Assembly (NCBI RefSeq): GCF_009914755.1
Contig: NC_060928.1
DNA length: 64,000 bases
Reading direction: 5' to 3' (one strand)
Source of the DNA: the human T2T-CHM13v2.0 reference genome, Homo sapiens
The notes under the pieces are model-generated. The model did not search any database. It had not been told where the DNA came from and was given only the letters and a program-made list of their open reading frames with translations. Shown piece by piece: positions 12,888-27,710 of the stretch. A program made the translations under genes and the position numbers. Positions within the stretch are counted from its first letter, which is position 1. Every line of letters begins with the position of its first letter.

Positions 12888-13461
12888 GAGGTAGGTAGAA
12901 TTCTGAGATGATCTCTGAGGCATTACGTCTTCCCACCAAGTGTACCTGTCCTGTACAGGCCCCTCTGCTTGATTATTGGTGGCACCTGTGCCCCTGATGA
13001 ACTTGTCAGTCCTGTGATTACATTATGGTATAGAAGACCTCATCATAGCAGGATAGATGGAGAGACAGCAAGAGAGTTGCTGCCCTTCTGGCCTTGAAGA
13101 AGCAACGAGCCATGCTGTAGAGGCCATGCAGGAAACCATGAGTGGCCTCCAGGAAACCAAAAGCAGGTTCCAGGTGATGCCAGCAAGAAAGAGAGTACCT
13201 TGGTCCTTTAGCCAAAGGAACCAAATTCTGCCAACAACCAAAGAGCCTGGAAGAAGAACTTAAGCCTTAGAACTTTAAGCCAAACTTAAAGTGCAGTCCT
13301 GGCTGACATTTTGATTGCAGCTTTATGAGACTGTGAGTACAGGATGCAACAGAAATGTGCTGGAATCCTGACCCACAGAATCTGTGATAATATAATACAT
13401 TTGTCTTGTTTTAAGCTACTAGGTTTGTGATAATTTGTTGGGCAGCAATAGAAAACTAATC
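12888..13461 (+). mobile_element. MaLR solo LTR (MLT1E/F-like)
   Basis: GGTAGAATTCTGAGATG...GGCCTTGAAGAAGCAA...AATTCTGCCAACAACC...TTTAAGCTACTAGGTTTGTGATAATTTGTTGGGCAGCAATAGAAAACTAAT. Confidence 0.85.
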
Positions 13462-13698
13462 AAAGTGTTCTCACCTAGGAATTTGTGTTCTATCACAGGT
13501 CCTAAAACTTGCCCAAGTTATGTCTGGACATTGTGGGGCATTGTCAGATAGAATATCTGAGACTTGTTTAAGAAACATGCCATTGACTGCCGCTCATCAT
13601 TTTATCTGAGGGAGTGTGAAGTTGAATATCTAAAGCAGAGCCATAAAAGGCATGGCTCAGTGCTTTGCAAGGCAAGACACTGAAACTCTCTCCACCTA

Positions 13699-16600
13699 CA
13701 GGGACATCTCACTTTATTGTGCTTCACAGATACTGTGTTTTTTACAAATTGAAGGTTTGTGTCAACCCTGTGTCGAGCAAGTCTATCTGCACAATTTTTC
13801 CAACGGCAGTGCTCACTTCATGTCTCTGTATCATGTCTTGGTAATTATCACAATACTTCAAACTTCTTCATTATTATTTTTTATGTTACAGTGATCTGCT
13901 ATCTGTGATCTTTGATGTTACTATTTAATTGTTCTGGGATGCCATGAACCACACCCATATAAGATGGCAGACCTAACTGATGTATGTGTGTGTTCTGACT
14001 GCTCCACCAAGTAGCCCTTCTGCCAACTTTTTCCATGTACTCAGGCCTCCCTATTGCCCGAGACACAGCATTATTGAAATTACACCAAATAATTATCCTG
14101 CAATGGCCTCTATGTGTTCAAGTGAAAGGAAGAGTTGCATGTCTCCCACTTTAAATCAAAAGCTAGAAATGATTAAATGGGGAAGGAAGGTCAAAAGCTG
14201 AAATAGGCTGAAAGCTGGGCCTCTTGTGCCAACAGTTAGCCAAGCTGTGATTGCATAGAAAACGTTCTTGAAGGAAATTAAGAGTGCACCTCTAGAGAAC
14301 ACACAAATAATAAGAAAGGCTTCTTGTTGATATGGAAAAAGTTCAGGGCTCTGCATGAGAGATCAAGCCAGCACAACATTCTCTTAAGCCAAAGCCTAAT
14401 CCAGAGCAAGTCCCTAACTCTTCAAGTCTATGAAGGCTGAGAGAAGTGAGGAAGTTGCAGAAGTAAAGTTGGAAGCTAGCAGAAGTTGGTTCATGTGATT
14501 TAAGGAAACAAGCTGTCTCCATAACATAAAAGTACAAAGTGAAGCAGCAAGTGCTAATGGAGAAGCTGCAGCAAGCTATCTAGAAGATCTAGTGAAGCTC
14601 ATTGATGAAGGTGGCTACACTAAACAACAGATTTTCAATGTAGATAAAATGGCCTTCTATTGGAAGAAGACATCATCTAGGATTTTCATGGCTAGAGAGA
14701 AGAAATCAACACCTGGCTTCAGAGCTTCAAAGGACCGGTTGACTCTATTGTTAGGTGCTAATGCAGCTGGTGACTTCAAGTTGAATGAATTATGCCGAAG
14801 TACTTTATGCTCTATAAATGAAATAATGAAGCCTGGATGAAAGCAAGTCTGTTTATAGCATAGTCACTGAATATTTTAAGCCCACTCTTGAGACCTACTG
14901 CTTAGAAACAAAGATTCTTTTCAAAATATTACTGCTCATTGACAATGCACCTGGTCACCCAAGAGCTCTTATGGATATATACAGAAAGATTAATGTTGTT
15001 TTCACATTTGTTAACACAACATCTATTCTGCAGCCCACAGATCAAGGAGTAATTTCAAATTTCATGTCTTATAAGTTAAGAAATACATTTTGTAAGTCTA
15101 TAGCTGCCATAGATAGTGATTCCTTTGTTGAATCTGGGCAAAGTAAATTGACGACCTTCTGGAAAAAACTCACCATTCCAGATGTCCTTAAGAACAATTG
15201 ATATTCATGGGAGGAGATCAAAATATGAACATTCCTGTTAGAATTTGGGAGAAATTGATCCCATCATCCACCGATGACTTTAAGGGGTTCAAGACTAGTG
15301 GATGAAGTAACTGTGGATGTGGTTTTAATAGCAAAAGAGCTAGAATTAGAAGTGGAGTGAATGAATGAAGAGTTGCTTCTTATGGGTGAGCAAAGAAAGT
15401 GTTTTTTTTTTTGAGTTGGAAACTACTCTCTGTGAAGATGCTGCCAACATTGTTGAAATGACAACAAAGAGTTTAGAATATTACATAAACTAGTTGATAA
15501 AGCAATGACAGGATATGAGAAGATTGACTTCAAGTTTGAAAGAAGTTCTATTGTGCTCTCATTCACAATTGCTACCAAGAGAATAAAATATCTAGGAATA
15601 CAGCTAACAAGGGCAGTGAAGGACCTTTTCAAGGAGAACTACAAACCACTTCTTAAGGAAATAAGGGAGGACACAAACAAATGGAAAAACATTCCATGCT
15701 TGTGGATAGGAAGAATCAATATCACTATTCAATGCTATTCCCATTAAACTACCATGGACATTCTTCACAGAATTAGAAAAAACTACTTTAAAATTCAAAT
15801 TGAACCAAAAAAGAGACCATATATCCAAGACAATCCTAAGCAAAAAGAACAAAGCTGGAAGCATCATGCTACCTGACTTCAAACTATACTACAAGGCACA
15901 ATAACAAAACAATACAGTACTGGTACAAAAACAGACACATAGACCAATGGAACAGAATCGAGATCTCAGAAATAAGACTACACATCTACAGCCATCTGAT
16001 CTTCAACAAACCTGACAAAAACAAGCAATGAGGAAAGGATTCTCTGTTTAATAAATAGTGCTGGGAAAACTGGCTAGCCATATGCAGAAAATTGAAACCA
16101 GACCCCTTCCTTATACCTTATACAAGAATTAAGATGGATTAAAGACTTAAATGTAAAACCCAAAACTATAAATACCCTAGAAGAAAATCTAGGCAATACC
16201 ATTCAGGACATAGGTACAGGCAAAGATTTCTTGAAAAAAAACAACTGCAACAAAAGCAAAAATTGACAAATGGGATCTAATTAAACTAAAGAGCTTCTGT
16301 ACAACAAAAGCAACTATCATCAGAGTGAACAGACAACCTATAGAATGGGAAAAAAATTTTGCAATCTATCCATTTGATGAAGGTCTAATATCCAGAATCT
16401 ACAAGGAACTTAAACAAATTTACAAGAAAAAGAAACATTAAAAAGTGGGCAAAGGACATGAACAACACTTCTCAAAAGAAGACATTCATGCAGCCAAGAA
16501 ACATATGAAAAAAGGCTCAACATCACTGATCATTAGAGAAATGTGAATCAAAACAGTGAGATGCCATCTCACACCAGTCAAAATGACGATTATTAAAAAG

Positions 16601-17721
16601 TCAAGAAACAGCTGATACTGGTGAGGCTGTGGAGAAAAAGGAACACTTTTACACTTTTGTGGGAGTGTAAATTAGTTCAACCATTGCGGAAGACAAGGTG
16701 GTGATTCTTCAAAGACCTAGTGACAGAAATACTATTTGACCCAACATTCCCATTACAGAGTATATACCCAAAGGAATATAAACCATTCTATTAATAGAGA
16801 TACATGCACACGTATTGTTATTACAGCACTATTTACAATAGCAAAGACATGGAATCAACCCAAATGTCCATCAATGATAGACTGGATAAAGAAAATGTGG
16901 TATGTATATACCATGGAATACTATGCAGCCATAAAAAAGAACAAGATCATGCCCTTTGCATGAATGTGATGGAGCTAGAAGTCATTATCCTCAGCAATCT
17001 AATGCAGGAACAGGAAACTAAACACCATATGTTCTCACTTATAAGTGGGAGCTGAACAATGAGAACACATGGACACAGGGAGGGAAACAACGCACACTAG
17101 GGCCTGTTGTGGGGAAGGGGAAGGAGGAGAGCATGAGGATAAATAACTAGTGCATGTGGGGCTTAAAACCTAGGTGATGGGTTAATAGGTGCAGCAAACC
17201 ATCATGGCACATGTTTACCTATGTAACAAACCTGCAAATCCTACACATGTATCCTGGAACTTTAAATTAAAAAATGAAAAAACTTCTACTGTGGGTAAAA
17301 TGCTATCAAACAGCATTACATGCTACAAGATAAGTCTTTCAAGAAAGGGAAAGTCCGTCAATGTGGCAAACTTTATTATTGCCTTATTTTAAGAAATTGC
17401 CACAGCCACCTCAACCCTCAGCAACCACCACCCTGATCAGTCAGCAGTGGCAGGCAAGACCCTCCACTAACTAAAAGATTATGACCTCTGAAGGCTCACA
17501 TGATCCTTAGCATTTTTTTTAGCAATGATGTAATTTTTAATTAAGGCATATACATTGCTTTTTTTAGACCTAATGCTGTTGCACACTTAATACATACAAT
17601 ATAGTGTAATTATAGCTTTAATACGCACTGGGAAACAAAAATATTTGTATGACTCTTTTTATTGTGATACTTTATTGCAGAGGTCTGGAACCAAACACAC
17701 AGTGTCTCTGAGGTATGCCAG
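13699..17721 (+). mobile_element. Near full-length Tigger1 DNA transposon with degenerate pogo/CENP-B-like transposase, interrupted by an L1
   Basis: Starts TA|CAGG, ends ...CTGAGGTATGCCAG. Transposase fragments [23 protein letters not shown]...[18 protein letters not shown] (14592..14840) and [14 protein letters not shown] (14971..15201). Resumes at 17276 after the L1. Confidence 0.95.
15556..17275 (+). mobile_element. 5'-truncated L1PA (about L1PA11-13) nested in Tigger1
   Basis: ORF2 peptides [27 protein letters not shown] and IAKTWNQPKCPSMIDWIKKMW; 3'UTR and short A-tail; TSD GAAAGAAGTTCTATTGTG (15538-15555) / GAAAAAACTTCTACTGTG (17276-17293). Confidence 0.95.
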
Positions 17722-18239
17722 AATTTGAGATATCTCTAAATGAAATACTGGGCTTCATTCCTGACTTTGCTGCAAAATGTTTTATTGGAAAAGAGAGAAT
17801 TGGACATTAAGCTGAGGAAACCTGTTGAGGATGAAATAATGAGGAAGATGCATCTGTCACGCAGCTCTAAGAAATATGATTCTTCTCACTCACCAAGACC
17901 TTGGGGCGGGCTGGATATTTGAGCTCTAGGGGAGAAGGCCTGAAGGAGCCAAGCAATTGTGCCATTGAGTTTTATTATGTTCTGGTCTGCACCCTTTGGA
18001 ATGGGGCTAATGCTGTCTACACTTTCGGACTCAGGTGGGGCAGGCATAGTAAATAATCAGCCAAGTGTTCACTGTTCACCTAAAGTCTTAATGAAACATG
18101 TTCACAAGAGGTTGTCCAACAGTTTTTGTTTCCAAAACATCAATGTTACTTTCATGACTGCAGGGAGTCACCACTACCTAGAGTATATGAACACTTGACT
18201 GGTCTATAATTTTAGATAATTTAACTACCTTGTCAGGGC

Positions 18240-18543
18240 TTTTTTTTTTTTTTTTGGTGGAGTCTCCCTCTGTTGCAGAAGATGGAGTGCTGGAGTGCAG
18301 TGGCATGATCTTGGCTCTCCGCAACCTCTGCCTCCCAGGTTCGAGCAACTCTCCTGCCTCAGCCTCCCAAGAAGCTGGGATTACAGGCACCCACCACCAC
18401 GCCCAGCTAATTTTTGTATTTTTAGTAGAGATAGGGTTTCACCAGGTTGGACAGGCTGGCCTTGAACTCCTGACCTCAGGTAATCCTCCTGCCTCGGCCT
18501 CCCAAAGTGCTGGGATTACAGGAGTGAGCCACCGCGCCAGGCC
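18240..18543 (-). mobile_element. Full-length AluS
   Basis: Poly-T then antisense Alu; short flank repeat CAGGGC on both sides. Confidence 0.96.
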
Positions 18544-18832
18544 CAGGGCATCTATTTTTTAAACTGGCAAGTTTGGGACAGTCATGCTTCCTTATGTGGC
18601 TCCCAGATAATTGGAGAAAATAGGAAAGGAGTGAGTGAGTAGGTGGAGAAAGAATGTGGATGAGATAAATGGCCAGTGGGAATTTGAAAGAAGGACCCAT
18701 GATGTAAAAGGTGAGATTCATTTTTGGCTAAGGAAGCCTTACAGAACTGGATGAGGAGACGCACTGTATGTAGTACGTGGTGCAAAAAGGAAAAAAAAGA
18801 GTTGGATGATCATAGCAGAGTAATGGCTAGAT

Positions 18833-18843
18833 GTGACTCAGCA
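18833..18843 (+). promoter_or_regulatory. Consensus ARE/MARE site (NFE2L2/small MAF/AP-1)
   Basis: GTGACTCAGCA matches RTGACTCAGCA exactly in apparently non-repeat DNA; motif match only. Confidence 0.3.
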
Positions 18844-19209
18844 AACTGCAGACAGGAAACCAGTTTCCTCCAGGTAACAATGACTTTATCTGGTGGAAGA
18901 TAGTGTTGGCAGGGGAAAAGAAGTCTCACTGGGAACTTGAAGAGGAAGGAATTGTGGCTGCCATCAGTAAATATTTGGATGACAGGGCTCTCATGCGGGT
19001 GTTTGTGAGTAAGGAACGGTAACAAAGCCTGGGCCACAGCCTCGTCATTAGAGAAACGCTCACTGTTTTAGAAAAAAGAAAAATAGTCATGAAAAGTAGA
19101 GATCTGCAAAGAGGATTTGAGGTTTAGAAACAGGCGAGAGGGAAAAAAAAAGGTGCTATGTTAAATTTGAGACCCCAGTGCTGGACCAGTTTTCCAAAGA
19201 TAAGATGGA

Positions 19210-19521
<312 letters not shown>

Positions 19522-21329
19522 CCAGAGAAGATGGAGATAATTTAAAGAGAAAATTAAGAATGTAAATAAAAATAACTTGATGAGTGTGCTGAAGGCTGCT
19601 TGATTAATAGTGCCAGCTAACATTCCGAAGGAAAAGAAAGTGGATTAAGATTTTTCAGGAGGGAAGAGAGCAGCACACAGGTGAGCCCGGTGGATGTCGT
19701 CACTGAGCATACGATAGACTCTGTGGCAGAATATCCACACTTAGCCCTTACCTAGCCCTGATTGCCTGCTTTTCTGGGAATCAAAAGAGACTGAAAACCA
19801 AATAATTTTGCTCCTGCTAGGAAGTCTGGTAAATATCTGTCAAAGAGAACCTTCAAACTATTGACTATAATGAGGTTTGTGTATCTAATTTATCCATACT
19901 AGTCTCCTCTTCCATTATCATTGATTATGGAGAATATGCTATACTTCCTTCAGTAAAAAAGCTATATGAAAATGTTTAAAAAGCTGAGTTATACATGCTA
20001 AGCATACAGGATAATATGCAACTACCCAATTTTAGTCATTTTCATGACATTCATTGAAACCTGAATACAAATAGAGAAAATTTTCCAAATACAGAATTAT
20101 TTTAAAGCAGAATAAGAGTTAAGATGCCTCAAAGAAGAACGAGATTTTAGAAATAATTATAATACACAAGTATTTAAGATACTTTGAGAGTCAGCACTGA
20201 TTATAAAGAGTTAAGGAGTAAAGAACAGACATACATCATAGTCATCTGTCAGAGTAAATAGTTAGAGGGCATATTCTAGCTTCCTGCCATGTATGTTCTT
20301 GTTGAAAGAAAATGTTCATTTACTCTCCCTGTCTCATTTCTCTCAATCTGACCAATTCATTTATCTCTTTCTGGCTGTACTTTCTCTCTCAAGATGTACC
20401 CATGACCAGAATACCACTCTCATGGTTACCTTAGAATCTCATGGCCTCTGCTTTGCCCAGCCTCAGGCTCGAGTCACTTGCATGACACGCTCTGTGCCCT
20501 CTCCTCCTGGTCCAGATAGCATCAGCAAACACCCCAACCTGTGAAATGTTGGTCTACTCTAATTCTGTACTTCTAAATAGGTTCTCCACGGATGCTTAAT
20601 ATCTTCTTTATTATTATTATTATCTTTCAAGTTCCTCATTCAGTTCCAGAGCTTTTATGTCCCTCAGATCATCAGCCAGCTCCTCATCTCCAATCTCAGC
20701 AGAATACTGTGTCCCCTATGGGATTACTTATTCACTAGGTGGAATTTAGTTATAAAGATAATTTCAAAGCTGTCAGAAAATTTGAAGATAATCTTGTCTA
20801 TCTCCTCAATTTACAGATAAAGAAACTAGGGTTAGATGTTAATTCCCTATGTAAAATGGAAAACTTTTGTCAAGAAAAAATTAACATTGAGGCTCTTCTT
20901 TCAACATGTTGAAATTTATATTACTCTGTCAAAGAACTGTAGTATCGGGTTAGCAATTCATTTTCACTTTATAACATTCTTTAAATAAGAGAAACAGCAA
21001 CAGTCTGGATTCCTTCCCTGTTGCCCAGTTCCATCTTCTAACCCCAAATCACAGTACTTTCTCTAATATCCGTAAACCCCTACTCATAATCCCTAAGTTC
21101 ACTTCTCTGGTTGTTTGCTTTGATGTGAAAAAAACGTATTTTAATATCATACTCTTGAAAATGCTCTCTACTGCCTGATGTATGATTGATAGTTCTGAAA
21201 GAAAAGGGTTTGAAAACTGTTTACAAATATTTGGGTGTTGGCTGTTATGTGGAAGAATGTTCACTCTTATGTGATTCTAAAAAAGCAGAACTTGGATCAG
21301 TGGATGAAAGTTATAGGGTTGCCCCTTTC

Positions 21330-21690
21330 AGCTCAACATTCCATCAGTCAGCAAATATTCCTGGTATTCCCTATATACCAGGCATTTCTGGGGGCTGGGG
21401 ATACAATGATGACAGAACTCAGTTCCTGCTCTCTTAGAGCTTCAGCTTATATTCTCTGTGGCCTTTAGTAATTGGCCAATAATATGATACACTATGACAT
21501 GATATAATTAATATGATAATGATTAGTGGACCTAGAGTATAATGTCAGGTAATAGTATTATAAAGAAAAATAAAGACGGGTAAGAGAATAGAGAATAATT
21601 GGCAAGTCTCTCTGACAATGTGACATGTAAGCCAATAATTGAATGTATCTAGAGACCAAGCCATGCAGAGACCTGGAGTAGGTTGTTCTC
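21330..21690 (-). mobile_element. L2 fragments
   Basis: CAGTCAGCAAATATT...CCAGGCATTTCTGGGGGCTGGGGATACAATGATGACAGAAC...CTCTCTGACAATGTGACAT. Confidence 0.6.
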
Positions 21691-24600
21691 ATCAGGCATA
21701 GGGAATTGCACATATGTCTTGATTTTGGAATATAAGAAATAGGCTTGATTGTGATTTAGTGAGTTCTCTGTTCTGGAACTGTTCATAGTCTGGATTACCT
21801 GCCAAGGAATTTTAAAAGGTATCCCTACATTTGTTAGGAGGTCAAACTAGTCAACCTATCTTGAGATTCCTCTGCAGGTTTAAGATGGCTTAGAAGACAA
21901 AAAACCAGAAATTTAGCAGAAGAAAAGATGCAAAATTTATTTGAGGAAGTAAACAATAAAGCCGTAGTTTAAAGACTTTTTATGAATATCCTTGCTCTAT
22001 GTTGACATTGAAACTTGGGAAGAAAATAGAACTAAATATAAAAATGAAATAGGGGCATGTTGAATCAGAAGTTAAAGTGATTTAGGTCATTCAGTTATGC
22101 ACAGATGCATAACTATTCACCAAATGATTCAGAAATCATAGGAAATGACTTATAAGAGCTGATACTAAACTTTGTACGGGAAGTAATTTTGTAAGAAACA
22201 ATTGTTTGTAAGTCTTGCATGATGGAACATTTTAAATTAGAATACCAGAAATGGTTGAAGGAGTATTTATAGATTTCTTTGAGCTCTTCTGAAGAAAAGC
22301 ATTGCCACAGATTTTTGTTTTAATTTTATTGTTTTTTTCTTTTTAAAAAAACAGGCATCAAATGAAGGTAATTAAAATCAGAATTTATTTACTGTTGGAA
22401 CTAAAAAAAGTCTACTGATTTATGTTTTTGTATCTTTATTCTTAGCAGAGGAAATTTATTTTAAAATTTAAACTGAAGAATGTAGATACTTCCTAGCAAA
22501 ACTTCTAGCATTATAACACGGTATTTTATCTTTTGGAGTATATGGTAAATGCCACGAGTGATGGGTAAATATGTGGGCATATTTCAGCATCAGATTTTGG
22601 CAATCAAAATGGGCTTACATGGACAATATAATATGTACCTCATATCCTGATTTTAATCAAGTAGTTTTACAAACCAGAAAGAGCTGTGCTTTTTCCTCAT
22701 GTACGTATATTTCCTTCCTCTCTCTAAATTGAACACGTATCAAAATCAGTGTAAACTATACACAGAAATTGGGAAGTAGACACAACGTGAGAATGGACAC
22801 CAGGAAGCCATTATTGCCACTTAAGAGAGGAGGACGATTGAATGCCACAAAGGATAAAATGTTTGTGAAACATAATGTTGCAAGTCAAAAGAAAATGCCA
22901 AGAATTGAACATACAAGAGTTTCTAGTCTCTGGACCAACTCCAAGCTCATTCTTCTGCATAACTGACATTTATGGAGACCAGATATGGTGCCACTGTGGT
23001 ATATGTGAAATTAGTTCTGCCTACTTAGTTTCTGAACATATATGTGTATTACACATGTATATTTAGCCAAAGAAGGGCCGTATTTTGCCATGTTCTCCTC
23101 CAACATATTTTTCCAGTAGCATAGGGGATGTCTAGAGGAAGTTGAGACGAGGCCAAGGTATGACAAATGAGAAGGGTCAGGCCAATATGGAGGTGGAGAA
23201 ACATCATGGTTTTAGCACGTGTGGTTGATAACATTGTTTCTGCTTTACTTCTGTATTTTGAATGGGGATATTGTCAGGGAGACCAATGAAGCTGAACTGT
23301 ATGAAATATAAAAAGTTACAGAAGAGAAACAGCTGCTCAAAGCTAAGTTTGCTTTCAGGACTTGTCATTTATGGAGATCGCAGGCTTTCAATCTAATGAA
23401 GAGTGAGAACAATTTGAAAAGTGAGTGAAATAAAACAATTAACAGAGCCACGTGGGGCCAGGCATTATTGTTTAGGGAAGAATACTGTACTTGGGGCATA
23501 GCAATTCACAAAATAGTACCTACAACATTCCGGTCTTACATCTGTAGGTGTGTTTCTCATTTTTGTAGAACTGGTTTGAGCATAGGAAACTGATCAAACT
23601 TAAGAGAACATACAGGGGAGAACACTCATATTGACAGCTCACTTTAAATTCACCCACGATAACTGGCACTTAGAAACCATGGACAAATTAAACTGTGGAT
23701 AAACTAAAGAATGTTTGTGATGTTTATAAGGAACTTCTGACGGCCAAGAATTTGTACAGGCTGTTTTCTCTGTAAAGAATACTTGTCCACACAACCTCAA
23801 TCGCCTAACCCTTGGTTATTGTTCAGATGTTGCTACAGATGTTTTCCCTAGAAAGCCTTCTACTACTCCAAGACTAGATTAGGTGTCCTGTGCTCCTGTA
23901 TAGGGACTGTTACTGTACTTATAAGTCTTGTTAATTTCTTGAAGGCAAGAATGGTGTTTGGCCAGCTGCTGTAACCTTACACTTAGCACAGCTCTTCCTA
24001 ATATGAAAGAGCTTCAGATTTGCTGGAGCCAAGAGTCAAGGGGAGGAGCTGGGAAAGAATTAAAGCTGTAAGAAGTCGTCAAATTATGAAAGATCTTAAA
24101 CACCACGTTAAGGAGTTTGGTTATAGTTCAAACTTCTACTCAGTATAAAGTAGAGCTCATAAACATCCTAAAATGTAGTTATAATTTACATTGCTAACCA
24201 GTCACAGAAGAAGGAAAATCAAGTGATTCAAATATATTTTATGCTAGTTATCAGGAACCCACGGGGTACCATTTAATTCTGCTGATATTTCATCTTTCCA
24301 GCCACATACTTTGACATATTATGGGACAGGAACCAACTGTTGTTCTTACTTATAAAATGGATCCTTAGATTCTGGGAGATATGATTGTAGTACGGAAGAG
24401 AGCACTCGTTCTGCATGGCGTCCTGTGCTTTCGTTTTTGTTCTGCACTGCATGTTTCAGGAGCCCAAGGCAGGGGCTGCTATTTTTTTTTAAGGATTTCC
24501 TTGGCCTTGCCCATGTCAACACATTCATTTGATCTCATCCACCTGAATTTAGAGGCTAACTGAGAAGAAACCCTACCCCTCTGGAAGGAGTATCACACTT

Positions 24601-24822
24601 TATGTCCTCAGAAGATTGAAGAAATCATGACTGAGAAGCTCCCTGTTTTAGATCATCATGTGAGACTAATGATATGAGTGCCTTCTCAAAACTTAGACAT
24701 ATCTCCGTTTTAAAGAACAAAGCATTTGTCTGACTTCAAGTATTCTAATACATGATTGGTAAGGAGTATTGCTTTGATTTTATTTTCATAGGACCTGTAA
24801 TCTGGCCTGGTGACTTTTGTAG

Positions 24823-25146
<324 letters not shown>

Positions 25147-26010
25147 AACCAGCCCTGTGATTTTTAAAGAGATATTCTCGTAAAGGCTCCTGCAACTGCG
25201 GCTTAGAACCATTGAATTACCTATAAGAGTGACATGCCCTTTAGGTGACAACCTAAAATAATAATAAAAGAATAATACAGTTGGTAGGAACAAGATCCAA
25301 TATAGGGTAAGTGATACTGAACTCCTGCTGGCCTTGACACTCTGACGGGGCAAGAGGCCTGGAGGAAGCCCAGTTGGAAAGCCAGCCTTTACGGGTTCTT
25401 GGGCAAGAAAAGAACGCTGGAATGGCAAAGCCTGAATGAGTCATTTTACACACCACAGGAAATATTAGGAGGGATTAAATAAAGTCCCCCTCAAGTACAA
25501 CCTGTAAAGTGACAGTTGAGATCACCTTGCCTATGGCAAGTGTAGAGCTTGCTCTTTATTCTTTGATAGTTTTCAAGAGATGAAATATCATTTACATAAA
25601 AAAATTTGATTATTGCATCTTGTAAAATGTAAAGGCTAAGTTGAGATTAACAAACATAGTATTTTGAAAAATATTAATTCATTAAGTCTGCCATTTTGGG
25701 CAAATTAATTTTGAGCTTTAGTTTTAAAATAACTTTAAAATTAACTTTAAAAGTATTTAAAGAGGAGGAAACATGAAGAATAGCAGTAAGTAACAAGATC
25801 TAGGATACATCTTATTAGTGAACTAACTTTTCCTCAACTTAAGGACCTTTGGAAAAAGAATTAATTCTTGAGCACCACTGTTACACATTATTTACAACCA
25901 ATTCAGTAATGTGTTAAATTGAGATCTAATAGTAAAGGGAACAGATTTGTCGGCTTACAGGCTAAACTTACATCAAAGAAAGACTTTGACACTGGAATGG
26001 ATTATGCCCA

Positions 26011-26426
26011 TTGCATTTATTTCCTATGGCTGCCATAAGAAATTGCAATAACCATGGCTTAAAACAATAGGAACTTATTCTCTCTCAGTTCTGGAAGCCA
26101 GAAAGCCACTTTCCCTTTGAAAGCTGTAGGGAAGAGTCCTTCTTTGTTTCTTGCAGCTCTTGGTGGCTACTAGTGTTCTTTGGCTTGTGGCAGCATAACT
26201 CCAATCTCTTCCTCCCTCCTCATATGGCCTTCTTGATCTGTCTGTGTGTCCTTTTTCTGTTTCTTATAAAGACACTTCATCGGACTTGGGGCCCACTCTA
26301 ATTTAGTATTATCTCATGTTAATCCTTAACTAATTACATCTGCAAAGACCCTATTTCCAAATAAGCTTACTTTCTGAAGTTCTCAATAGACAGAAGTTTT
26401 GGGGAGACATTATTCAACCCACTACA
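26011..26426 (-). mobile_element. MaLR solo LTR (MLT1C/D-like)
   Basis: TTTCCTATGGCTGCCATAA...CAGTTCTGGAAGCCAGAA...TAATTACATCTGCAAAGACCCTATTTCCAAATAAG...ATTCAACCCACTACA. Confidence 0.85.
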
Positions 26427-27634
26427 GTAATTACAAATTAAATCAATCAAAAGATAACTGAGAATCTTTTGGAGTGCTCTAGACTTTTAGTACTCTAGGT
26501 ATCTGCTAAATAAACATTTATCCTAACATACTTAAAGGATCCTAGTGATTGGGGAAAAAAATTACAAAGTGTAAATATTAAAAACAAACATTTCCTAAAG
26601 TAATACACACCCCAGATCTCTAAAATTAGATCAGAATTTGTTTCTAAAGAAATCACGTACACATATTTTCCTTTCTATCTATTTTTTTGCTGAATCTTCA
26701 CATAAATTTTTAATTTTAGGGAGAATTAGAAGCAGGCATTTGTAGCCTTTTCCTGTATTAAAATAAATACAATAAAAAGAGTTACCCAGTGGGAATTTTA
26801 GCTGCTTCTTATATCTATGTTGGACTACCTGAATGTTTTCAACACAATTATCAAAGTAGACAAGACTATTTGTACAGTTCATGTATACTATGTTTTATTC
26901 ATTACTACAGTTTGATATCATGTCAACATTTTCTTATGTTGATATTTGAAAAAATATTTAGAAATCTTTATTGCTAATGTAATGTACAGTGTTCAAAGCC
27001 ATAGGTTTGGTTTTCAAAGAGGACTGTTGGTAATTTCAGCATTGTCATTTGTCAGTGCCAGTCTGTCCCTGCCATTTGAACCTTTATTAGGTAAAGGATG
27101 CCTGATCTGAGGGTTTGCTTTTTCATTCATTTATAATTTTTATCTCTTCACTTACCTGTTGCTCACGCTTGTTTCCATTGAACTAGTACTGACCCGTATG
27201 GTCTTTAAAAAATTGATAATTGCTCAATTTAAAAAAAAGCAAAAAAAATTAAAAATTCTATTTTGATGAATATTGACAGTTTTTTTGTGTTTGGCAAGAA
27301 TGTACATAAGGATGGATCATTATATTGTGTTTCTTAGATTGTCAGAATATTTCTCTTAGATCAGAATACAATATATTAATTATTCCTAAATGTTGACTTC
27401 CTCAGGCCTCTACCTAAAACAAATTTGTATAAAACCTTCAAAGTGCTTTGCTAACTATCCTTATATCTATGACTAGAAGGAGATGGTAAGCTCTCTGTCC
27501 TGCCTGGATTCTGGTGTCTGCACAGTGCTTAGCATCAGCAGAAAGTTATGCCAAGTGTGCCTTCTTTTAGTACTTGATGAATGAATAATTTCAGGACTAC
27601 TGATTAGACACAGTATTTTAGACAGACAGTTCAA

Positions 27635-27710
27635 GATCTCTGATAGCAGCATCCAGATTCCTATCATCAGGGAACATCCACCACTTGAAGGGGATGTGTA
27701 TCAGCTGCCT
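27635..27710 (+). repeat. Copy A of a 76-bp local direct repeat
   Basis: Ungapped 63/76 match to 28701-28776 by hand alignment. Confidence 0.9.

Noticed and set aside
15505-15747. In-frame Tigger1-L1 ORF2 fusion ORF
   Set aside because: Short product of the L1 insertion junction with no promoter or splice support.
25179-25393. 10-bp inverted repeat CGTAAAGGCT / AGCCTTTACG near an AP-1 site
   Set aside because: A match of this length is expected by chance in 64 kb; no TSD or internal element features.
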